A DNA stretch of 28,773 nt from a virus. Taxonomy: Duplodnaviria > Caudoviricetes. The notes under the pieces were generated by a model, which searched no databases, had not been told where the DNA came from, and worked only from the letters and a program-made list of their open reading frames with translations. The stretch covers positions 1 to 28,773 of the IMG/VR virus record IMGVR_UViG_3300030708_001195; one strand, 5' to 3'. Below are positions 16,738-24,700 of the stretch, piece after piece. The translations under genes and the position numbers were made by a program. Within the stretch, counting starts at the first letter, position 1; every line of letters begins with the position of its first letter.

Positions 16738-16909
16738 CCGTCTAACCGTCAAGTGTCGTAAGTGCTTGCATGAGCATATACCACGTCGCCTACAGGCTCG
16801 ATTCCTCGATGGTGACCGTGAGCGTATCAGCCTATGGTGTTGCAAGGAATGCGGTCATCTATGGGTAGATAGCGCTTTCAAATCAGACGAACGAACGTCG
16901 GGTCAGTAG
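16721..16909 (+). CDS. Zinc-ribbon protein resembling the TFS/TFIIS C-terminal ribbon
   Basis: CRKC...LQARFLDGDRERISLWCCKECGHLW. Likely start is ATG 16721. This is the last gene of the + strand arm. Confidence 0.55.
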   Translation: MGRLLDRLTVKCRKCLHEHIPRRLQARFLDGDRERISLWCCKECGHLWVDSAFKSDERTSGQ

Positions 16910-18029
16910 CATGGCTAACTGTGCATACAAAGCGAGCATAGCCTCCATCCGCATCACCAGTATCACCGATAGCAGATGTTGTTGCATTCGTTAGTGCGAA
17001 TGTTCCTGTGTTAGAAGCGTGTGTGTTCTTTATCTCAATCACATAACCTGCTGGGAATGGTCCGCTTGTAGTAACAGCGAATGTGCCACCGGGTGTGAGC
17101 ACGAGGATGTTAGCATCAGTGGACTTTAGGTCAATAGACGTAGCAGTGCTGGTCAACACACGGTCGAAGACAGAGCGAGTGAAACGAGCAGCGTGTGTGC
17201 CACTATAGTAGAGCACATCCTTGTCGTTATCACCAGCAGTAGTGCTTGTGATTTGTTCACCATGAGATTGCCATAGAGCACCGGCCTTTCCTAAATCACC
17301 ACTGGGTGACGTGTGTGCAGCAACCAACTCAGTATGGTCCACTATCGCTGTAGTAGCATCCACGGCACCCGGTGTTACTGGTGTGAAGTAGATAGGCGAA
17401 GGCCGGATGAACACACGCTTGTCGTTGAACTCACTGGCTGTTTGTATCTTAAGGTCACCAACTTCTGTCCCACCTGTATGTGTGGCTCTCACCGTGCCAA
17501 GAACAATTGTCTGACGGTTGTTACCACTTCCAACACCTGCTGTGAGGTATGTCGCGGGTGTGCTTGATATTGATGGGTATGCTCCAGCCGCAGTGGTGAT
17601 TAGCGCTGTTTGTGAGAACTTTACGCCACTTGGTGTAGCGAGTATAACGAACAGGCATTCTTTACCGTTAGACAGAGCAGCAGTGCTTGTCCCTGATAAC
17701 TTGTCTCCCGACCCACTGGTGAGTGTAACGGTGATATCAGAGCCACCGCCGAAGTTGTATAGAACACCATCAAGAACAGCATCAAATGACTTGACTGTAA
17801 TAAGATTAACAGCAGCACCAGCGCTAATAGCACCGGGTAGATTCTGTGGGTTATTACGGTCGCTATCACCATATGCTGTATCTTCATACAGAAGAATACC
17901 GTTACCATGAACGCCTTCGTAAAGATTGGTTAGTGAAGGGCTGATAATGTGGTCACCATCACGAAGACCATCAGCGCCACTTGTGATATTCGCAGCAGTA
18001 TGTCCTGAAAGTGGGTTACCAGTCGCCAT
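16878..18029 (-). CDS. Putative virion structural (tail/fibre-type) protein
   Basis: 383 aa, G/T/S/A-rich and beta-strand-like, coupled to upstream structural genes (TAATG overlap). No catalytic motif is seen. Confidence 0.55.
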   Translation of the reverse strand: MATGNPLSGHTAANITSGADGLRDGDHIISPSLTNLYEGVHGNGILLYEDTAYGDSDRNNPQNLPGAISAGAAVNLITVKSFDAVLDGVLYNFGGGSDITVTLTSGSGDKLSGTSTAALSNGKECLFVILATPSGVKFSQTALITTAAGAYPSISSTPATYLTAGVGSGNNRQTIVLGTVRATHTGGTEVGDLKIQTASEFNDKRVFIRPSPIYFTPVTPGAVDATTAIVDHTELVAAHTSPSGDLGKAGALWQSHGEQITSTTAGDNDKDVLYYSGTHAARFTRSVFDRVLTSTATSIDLKSTDANILVLTPGGTFAVTTSGPFPAGYVIEIKNTHASNTGTFALTNATTSAIGDTGDADGGYARFVCTVSHATDPTFVRLI

Positions 18030-18376
18030 TACTTCACCTCGATTAATAGTTGGATTCTAATTTCATTCTTCGTAGTTTTACTCAAAGGAGATATTGTGTG
18101 CCTCGCCACTGGTGTAAATGCTGTGCCGGTGCCTCGAAACTGCACATAGACCTCCTTCAATGTATCATCAAAGGACTCGGTCGCAGGGATGAACCCTTCG
18201 ACTAAAATGGTGCTATCATCCACCACTCTTACAGTTGGATTGACTGTAATTGCAGGTCGTCCAGCAGCACCATCAGAACTCGTAGACGGGGTGCCATCGA
18301 AACCAATCACCATCTCGTTGATGTTGCTCACTAACGTGTCCAACAATGTTCTCTTTATGTGGTCACTTATTGGCAT
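18029..18376 (-). CDS. Putative tail/baseplate protein
   Basis: 115 aa. IGFDGTPSTSSD...TLKEVYV...RHTISPLSKT..EIRIQ resembles small tail-fibre-base domains. Overlapping start/stop on both sides. Confidence 0.5.
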   Translation of the reverse strand: MPISDHIKRTLLDTLVSNINEMVIGFDGTPSTSSDGAAGRPAITVNPTVRVVDDSTILVEGFIPATESFDDTLKEVYVQFRGTGTAFTPVARHTISPLSKTTKNEIRIQLLIEVK

Positions 18377-19803
18377 CAGTCATCACCTCTTATCATAACA
18401 CCAGTGCTCTTACTACCACCGACTGTCTCTTGGCTACTGGTTGCTCCGATGGTGCCTCTATTCATGGCCTTTCCTATGATAAAGCCGGTGCCGGAAGCAC
18501 CATGGTGCGTGATAGTAACTAACGGAGTGACCTTAATCTTGATGTCACCAAACAGTGATAGATTCTTCTCACTGATTTGTTCTACAATGTTAGGCTCAGA
18601 ACCAGTGTTCACAGCACCCTCTGCAATGCCTTGTAATACACCTTCGATACCAGTATCTACAGTTAAGAATACAAGGTCTGTAGCATCCTTTGCAAGATTG
18701 TGTCTAACTTCAGTTAGTATGCGCCTTACGCCTTCATACTCTATGATTTGACCCGGTCGTAAATCCCATGATTGTGGGTGACCGCTACTGCTTTTGTTTC
18801 CTGCAAGTAGATTGTTTGCTTTCAAAATATTACGCGCCACTCTTCGTGCTGACTCATTTGTTTTCACAGTCATGTCTGTAATCACTTGCGCCTCTTGTTG
18901 TGTATCAGGCGCCCTACCACTCTGCCTTTCAGCATCGCTAACCTCTGCGAAAGCGGACTCATTGAGTGATAGCGATATACCTTGAACTGCGATTGTGCTT
19001 GGAGCGTTCTCTACTGGATTGGTCTGCGAAGGCCCGACTCTTGAATTAGCATCAACAAATCTACCTGCCTCGCTAAAGTTGAATGGGACATATAGGATGT
19101 TACCAAATCGGTCGAAGTAAATGATATGATTATCATGACGACCAATAAAACGGAGAGCGGAAATTAGATTAGCGCTATTGAAATCAACAGCAGTAAACGT
19201 GGTGCTATGTTTTCTGCGGTCTGCTACTGAGCGAGTGGGGGACATAGGAAGAGCGATGTTCACAGATGTGAATGAATCAGCAACGTCCCTACCTAATCGT
19301 AGTGCCATGTCCGTAGTGCGGAAACCCACGTCAATGGGATATCCAATGTGAACAAGATTACTGTTGAAACCTATCTCTTGGAGTGTTCTTCCCTTGAGGT
19401 TTCGCACCGATAAAGTCGCACCCTGACTTCCAGTCAAGACGCTTCCTAACGATATGCGCTCAGTGTTCGTATCTATAGAATATAGCAGCGGCGGCTTATA
19501 TAAAGCGGCATCATTTTCCACAAATGACCCCATATAAACCAACGAAGATAGATGTTCATGCCCAGCGACTTGTCGATGAGTCAAACGCACTCCATCTTCT
19601 AACTCATTTACCTCGTATGCGCGTTCTGTGCCGATAGGATAATTAGCCTTCTTGCGCTGACGTAGCGTCACCTTTTGCTTGGAACTACCTTGTAGTGATA
19701 CCTCACCAAGATGTAGGGCGTTATCTACAAACTTGGGCTTACGCACGTGTTTCATGACGACATCACTGTCGCCAGTCAAGCGTTGCTGTGCGAGGTAAGG
19801 CAT
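18376..19803 (-). CDS. Putative tail-tip/baseplate hub-like protein
   Basis: IYFDRFGNILY and ARRVARNILK...WDLRPGQIIEY...ILTEVRH resemble phage hub/tail-tip proteins. Likely start is ATG 19803 (TGATG overlap). Confidence 0.55.
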   Translation of the reverse strand: MPYLAQQRLTGDSDVVMKHVRKPKFVDNALHLGEVSLQGSSKQKVTLRQRKKANYPIGTERAYEVNELEDGVRLTHRQVAGHEHLSSLVYMGSFVENDAALYKPPLLYSIDTNTERISLGSVLTGSQGATLSVRNLKGRTLQEIGFNSNLVHIGYPIDVGFRTTDMALRLGRDVADSFTSVNIALPMSPTRSVADRRKHSTTFTAVDFNSANLISALRFIGRHDNHIIYFDRFGNILYVPFNFSEAGRFVDANSRVGPSQTNPVENAPSTIAVQGISLSLNESAFAEVSDAERQSGRAPDTQQEAQVITDMTVKTNESARRVARNILKANNLLAGNKSSSGHPQSWDLRPGQIIEYEGVRRILTEVRHNLAKDATDLVFLTVDTGIEGVLQGIAEGAVNTGSEPNIVEQISEKNLSLFGDIKIKVTPLVTITHHGASGTGFIIGKAMNRGTIGATSSQETVGGSKSTGVMIRGDD

Positions 19804-21206
19804 CACATTCCCTCCTTAATTTGAGTCAAGAACTTAGGGTCAACATCGTCCATAAACCGATAGTCATCAGGGAATAACCGTTTTGTGTCCTCGCCAGTAT
19901 CATCACCATAACCTATGTATTCTTCGGGCATTCCTGCGCCTTCCCTAACACCAATTAATGCTGGGGCCGGAATTGGTCTATACGACCAGCCTTTTCTTTC
20001 TGCATACCTATGCGCACGCTCAGGTTTTGTGGTAACAAACGCACCTCTGTAAGTTGGGTCATAATTTTCCATAAACTTATCATAAGAACCATCCTCCATG
20101 GCTTGAACATATTCTTCTATGTTTTTGTATGGGTTTCTATTAGCCCTTAATCCCTGCCTCATAATTTGTTGAACATTTGTTTCAGGAGTCCCATGATAAT
20201 ACTTCACTGGTCCATAGGAAGAAGGTAAGTCGGGATGAAACTCACCAAGTTCTGTTTGGCGTTTGAGCAACGCAATGTTAGCACGTGGGATTGCACTGGG
20301 TCGGACATTCGACATGGTGCCACCGAGCACACCGAATGGCTCTTGGTGTTGTATAGGAGAAGGGAGGCCACCGGCTCTCACGCCCACAACTCCAACCTGA
20401 GAAGAAGGTAGACCAAGTGACTGCGCACGCTCTTGAGCAAACGCAAGTGCTCTCTCTCGGTCAGGTGTAGTGTATGTGATATCTTGCCCACGTAGTTGCT
20501 CAGGCACATACTTCTTGGAACGCTTACGACTGGACCGTGCTTTGATGCCCTGCTCGCTCACAGCAGGTAGATTCATCGTGCCGTGATACTCGGTCACAGG
20601 GCCGAGGGATGAAGGGAAGTCCTCGTGGAACTCACCAAGTTCTGTTTGGCGTTCTGCTTTAGTAAATCCTGTTTCTTCACTAAACGGTATATTTTGGAAA
20701 GTAGGCATTGGTGTAGTTTCAACATAACTAAGTTGCCCTGACTCATCAAATACAGGTTTAGTATCTTCCAACACGTGTTTTGATGATGCAACCAATTCTT
20801 CTTTTGTCCCATCAGGTCTTGTGACTATTTTTCTATCAGGGAACATATTTTCATCAGCATGACTAGGATGAATCGCAGGGTGATATAATCTAGCATCAGG
20901 ATTTAATTGAGCACGTCCCTCGCCCGTTTTAGGATTGTAATGTATTAGAGGCCCCTCCCCTCTATCAAGATACATTCTATCATAGAAATCTTGGTCATCA
21001 AAATAATCAGTATCATGACCCAAAAAGTGTGCTATAGATTCACCCGGATGAGTTTCACGCTTTAGCAACCGCCAAGCGAGGTCCATTGGACTCTTCTTTA
21101 CCTTTTCAGGTAGATTCTTCTTCTTGGTCTTCTTCTCAAACCGCTTTGCCATCTTTGGGTCAGTCGCATACATAAAGCGACGTTGAGCCTGAGATTCAAA
21201 CGGCAT
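19803..21206 (-). CDS. Modular protein: basic leader, PMDLAWRLLK motif, unknown domain, and two tandem ADP-ribosyltransferase-like domains each preceded by RQTELGEFH
   Basis: Domain A reads YHGTMNLPAVSEQGI...ITYTTPDRERALAFA...VVGVR...AIPRANI. Domain B reads YHGTPETNVQQIMRQGL...AFVTTKPERAHRYA...LIGVR...VDPKFL. Both show the HGT / (Y,F)xT / (Y,F)A pattern of HYE-clade and Tpt1/KptA-like ART folds. Confidence 0.7.
   Translation of the reverse strand: MPFESQAQRRFMYATDPKMAKRFEKKTKKKNLPEKVKKSPMDLAWRLLKRETHPGESIAHFLGHDTDYFDDQDFYDRMYLDRGEGPLIHYNPKTGEGRAQLNPDARLYHPAIHPSHADENMFPDRKIVTRPDGTKEELVASSKHVLEDTKPVFDESGQLSYVETTPMPTFQNIPFSEETGFTKAERQTELGEFHEDFPSSLGPVTEYHGTMNLPAVSEQGIKARSSRKRSKKYVPEQLRGQDITYTTPDRERALAFAQERAQSLGLPSSQVGVVGVRAGGLPSPIQHQEPFGVLGGTMSNVRPSAIPRANIALLKRQTELGEFHPDLPSSYGPVKYYHGTPETNVQQIMRQGLRANRNPYKNIEEYVQAMEDGSYDKFMENYDPTYRGAFVTTKPERAHRYAERKGWSYRPIPAPALIGVREGAGMPEEYIGYGDDTGEDTKRLFPDDYRFMDDVDPKFLTQIKEGM
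20239..20653. repeat. Exact 25-bp direct repeat pair AACTCACCAAGTTCTGTTTGGCGTT (20239-20263 and 20629-20653)
   Basis: Read directly from the sequence. The copies are 390 bp (130 codons) apart and encode RQTELGEF on the minus strand. Confidence 0.95.
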
Positions 21207-21261
21207 TACTCATCGCTCCATTTCTTTGCATCTTTAGCAACCGCCAAGCGAGGTTCATTGG
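21060..21261. repeat. 30-bp direct repeat pair CTTTAGCAACCGCCAAGCGAGGT(C/T)CATTGG (21060-21089 and 21232-21261)
   Basis: 29/30 identical. It encodes PM(D/N)LAWRLLK in two different ORFs. Confidence 0.95.
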
Positions 21262-21674
21262 TTCGCTTGCATTTTTCACATAAGAACCACCTACGCTTAT
21301 TTTTTGTGGCTCAAAGGATTCAAAATCTTCTGCGAATGTATAAGCATCTTTCCATCCGGGAGTAAGAGGATTAGTTCTATGTGGTTTCAAACGCCAAGCA
21401 TTCGCTCCGGCGGCGACACTTTGCCATGGAGTCACTTCGAGTGAATCTCTCCGATTTCGATTTTCCCTCCGCTCTTCCTCCCGTTGCTGTAAAAATTCTC
21501 TATGCTGAGCGTTCAACTGTTCCCTTTGCTTTTCCCTTGGCCTTTCCCTTGCCCATTCCTCTTGAGCAAGCATTTTACGGCCCTCAGCGATACCGCTTAA
21601 ATACGCTTGACTTTTTGGTATTTTTTCCACGCCCACCTTTTCAAACGGCATTACTCATCACCCCATTTCTTTGC
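21195..21674. repeat. 35-bp direct repeat pair TTCAAACGGCATTACTCATC(G/A)C(T/C)CCATTTCTTTGC (21195-21229 and 21640-21674)
   Basis: 33/35 identical. On the minus strand it carries an RBS plus TAATG plus MPFE, the translation start of both the 151-aa and the 467-aa ORF. Confidence 0.95.
21196..21651 (-). CDS. Hypothetical protein with a charged coiled coil and a C-terminal EPMNLAWRLLK motif
   Basis: 151 aa, starting MPFE like the downstream gene, with an E/R/Q-rich helix. It is bounded by the 35-bp repeats. Confidence 0.65.
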   Translation of the reverse strand: MPFEKVGVEKIPKSQAYLSGIAEGRKMLAQEEWARERPREKQREQLNAQHREFLQQREEERRENRNRRDSLEVTPWQSVAAGANAWRLKPHRTNPLTPGWKDAYTFAEDFESFEPQKISVGGSYVKNASEPMNLAWRLLKMQRNGAMSNAV

Positions 21675-21767
21675 CTCTATCTCATTGAAACCTATATGCA
21701 TGCCGATTGGCACACCGATAAAGAAACCACCCAATACACAAATAAAGAATAATTTGAGCAAGGTCAA
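21651..21767 (-). CDS. 38-aa single-pass membrane microprotein (not in the ORF track)
   Basis: A TTG start overlaps the giant gene's TGA and follows GGTGAT. The product is MTLLKLFFICVLGGFFIGVPIGMHIGFNEIEAKKWGDE, and its TAA overlaps ATG 21651. Confidence 0.55.
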   Translation of the reverse strand: MTLLKLFFICVLGGFFIGVPIGMHIGFNEIEAKKWGDE

Positions 21768-24700
21768 GAAGCATCACCGCTGTGGTCTGATGTCGTGAAG
21801 GTAACGTCTTCTTTATGCCCCTTGCTATGTAATGATTGACTGAAGCGCGGTTTAACGGTGAAGTCCTTGTCTACACCAGTGTTACGAGGCGCGTCACTAC
21901 GGAAGTGTTGTAGTGTATTCTCACTGATAACTAAGCGAGTAACTGTGCCTTTCAAGGTGGTCTTATCGAAAGTTGTTGCTTCAGTGCCGGGTAGTTTCGG
22001 CCCTTTCGCGACCGGCACAGTATCACTACTTGTCTCCATTAGGTATACTGGTTGGTATGGTGCGTTTGTGGCTGGGTTGCTACTACCACCAATGAAGAAG
22101 CCATCAGCAGCACGACCATTAGTTGTCTCATAAGTGAACAAACCATACTTACCACCAGCAGTTGCTGAGAAGAAAGTGCCACCATCTTGTGGGCTACTGC
22201 TATGCAGATTGTGTTCAGGCCGGAACACTTCGATGTGTTGATTGTCAAGAAGACGCACAGGTCGCACCATAAACTTCACACTTGCATCCTTGTAGTTCGT
22301 CTGTGCACTTGTGCTGTCGTATGTTGTGGTTTGATACGGATTGCTTGTTTTCTGCCCACCAGCCAAACTAGCGCGACCCCAACCAGTATCATCGAATGGA
22401 TTGACGAATGAGCGCGACTCAAGGATGTATGACCCGCCCATCGGTTTAATGTTTGAAGTGTGACTAAATCGCATTACACCACCATGTGGTTGTGCAGCGA
22501 AAGATAGGCTTGTGAGGTCATAATCACCAAGTGTCTGCGACCCTGCTTGCATACCACCGTGTAACACAACACGTTGCCCTACACCACGGTCAGTGTGAAG
22601 GCTGTGCGCTTCGGTATTGATAGCAACCATATCACGATTGATTTCACCCTTTAGAGATTCAAGGGACTGAGCGTCAATTCCAATACGTGGGCTGGTCCTA
22701 GATATAGCATCCTTGTGGACGCTGGTCCCACTGATTTCTTCAACACGGTCACTGACCACAGCCTCAGGCTTGAGTAGTCCGTCTTCATCAATCTCAAGCC
22801 TTGCACTGATACCACGTGTTACTTCGTCAGATTGTAAGACATCGTTGCGTGGTCTAACATATCCTTGACCGAACGCTGGCTCTGCTGTGTGGTGTGATAG
22901 AACAACTCCCGACCCTTCATACACAGCATCGAGTTCAACCAATAGGTCTTCGTTAAACTGAGTTGGATAGCGAACACCACGACCACCACCCATGTCGCCA
23001 ACACGCATGGCGTTTGTAGGTGCGAATACATCAACAAGAGAGTTGGAGTCGTTGTTGTTTGTGCTGTTCTTTGTTCCACCAAATCGTGGCACAGACGCAG
23101 TGGTAGCGGAGAGTAGGTTGCCACTGCTATCTAATACGCCCTTAACATTGAAGATAGGTTTACCATTGTTCCAAATCCTTGCATGTGGTGTGCGATTGTT
23201 TGTGCGGTCATACTCGTATGCATCACCAGCATCCCATGCTGGGCGGATACCGAAACCACGCACTGGTGCGCGACGCACGTCTTCGCCACGTGTGTTGCCC
23301 CACCAATCAACAAGGTAGTATCCTACAGCAGCATCAATTGTAGTGATACCTAATGCTTCGCTGTCACCCCACCAATCACGAGGCACCGCTTCAGCACCAC
23401 TGAAGTCACTCTTTGTTAGATTGGCTAAGTCCTCGGTGATAGTGGTGTTGCCAGCAAGCCCTGTCTTTGCTTGTGTGAGCGTTATGGCTTGGTTACCGTT
23501 TGCCTCCGTAGGAACTGCTGAGACAGTAATCTTACCATTGTGACCATTTGCGTGCTCTATCGCAGCCTTGAGTTGAACTAAGAATGCGTTTTGTGTAGAC
23601 GCAGAGCCAGTTAGATTGATGGCTACAGCGATACCACCAGCAAGCGCAGAACCAGCAGTGCTGGCACCTGTATCAGATGAAGCAGTGAGGACATCACCAG
23701 TCGCAACAGTCGTTGCATTATCATCTACCAAGACGTATGTTCTTGATGTTCCATCAGTTGATGTTAGAACAATAGTTTGCTTCTCTGTCATACCACTTGC
23801 AGCATCACCGTCCGTGACTGTTAGTGTAGCAGTGGCTGCACTGTTGGTGTCTCTTAGTGTTCTCACAGGGCATCCGAAGCCTCTCGTCATACGACGACCG
23901 TCACTGTATCTTACCTGCCACTCAGGTTTGTCCACACCAAGCATAGCAGATGCGTTTGTCTGTCGCTCCATTATACCGACATAGGTGACGGGCAGAGTGC
24001 TATTTGCAAGACCAGCGCCTCCGGCATAATTCCAACTTTGTGTCTCATATTCAGTTAGTGGACCTGCTTTGTATCCCACTGTGAAGTTACTTGCACTTGC
24101 GTGTGTAGCGGCCTCTTGGTAGGCTCGCATTCCGTAGTGCCCCCATTGCGGTCGGTTCCATGGTTGGCGAAGGCCAAAGCGATAACCAAACGGATAACGA
24201 CGCGTTGTGATTGATGAAGCAGCAGCGGTTGTGATTCCGCTACTTACAGCGTAAGAACCATCATCGTCAGCATCTGTCCAGTATGTGGCACCGGCAGCAG
24301 TGTAAGCACGTGGGACATGCCATGCAGCAGACCAAGCGGCATAACCATCAAGGCGACTATTGAGTGGGCCACCACGACTACCACACGGCCAATAGTGACT
24401 GAGCATGACTGTGGCGCTACCCTGTGCTTCGTATCCCGACATAGCGTGAATATTTGTTGCAGTATCTACAGAGCCATCTGCGTTCTTGTAAATGAAATCA
24501 CCAACACCCGGATTGTTAATCAAATTAGTTGTGAAACCTGCTGTAGTAGTTCCTGAAAAGTGTATGGCGCCTGATGTTTTACCAATAAACAAACCGTCTG
24601 ACGTAAACAACAAAGTTCCCGCTGACATTTCTGACGCGTTGTTACCAGAGAATGTTAAGAATGTAGACCCAACGCTTGCGACAGCGAGTGAAATCTTTTC

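Noticed and set aside
1-16909. Cellular archaeal chromosome origin for the replication genes
   Set aside because: The genes are highly divergent, clustered in one overlapping block with microproteins and joined to virion-like genes, with no housekeeping context. A provirus cannot be excluded, but no integrase or att site is visible.
20239-21674. CRISPR array interpretation of the 25-35 bp repeats, given a Cas4-like gene nearby
   Set aside because: There are three different repeat sequences with two copies each, separated by more than 100 bp of coding sequence. There is no regular repeat-spacer period and no cas1/cas2.
19803-21674. Diversity-generating retroelement (TR/VR pair)
   Set aside because: No reverse transcriptase is present in the window, the repeats are too short, and the few mismatches do not show the many adenine-specific substitutions expected.
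21195-21674. IS/transposon with target-site duplication
   Set aside because: There is no transposase motif or terminal inverted repeat, and 35 bp is far longer than a typical TSD.
21381-21798. Plus-strand ORFs 21381..21752 and 21607..21798 (also 21183..21365)
   Set aside because: They are antisense shadows of coupled minus-strand genes. Their shared FKRHYSS peptide simply reflects repeat R1 read on the other strand.
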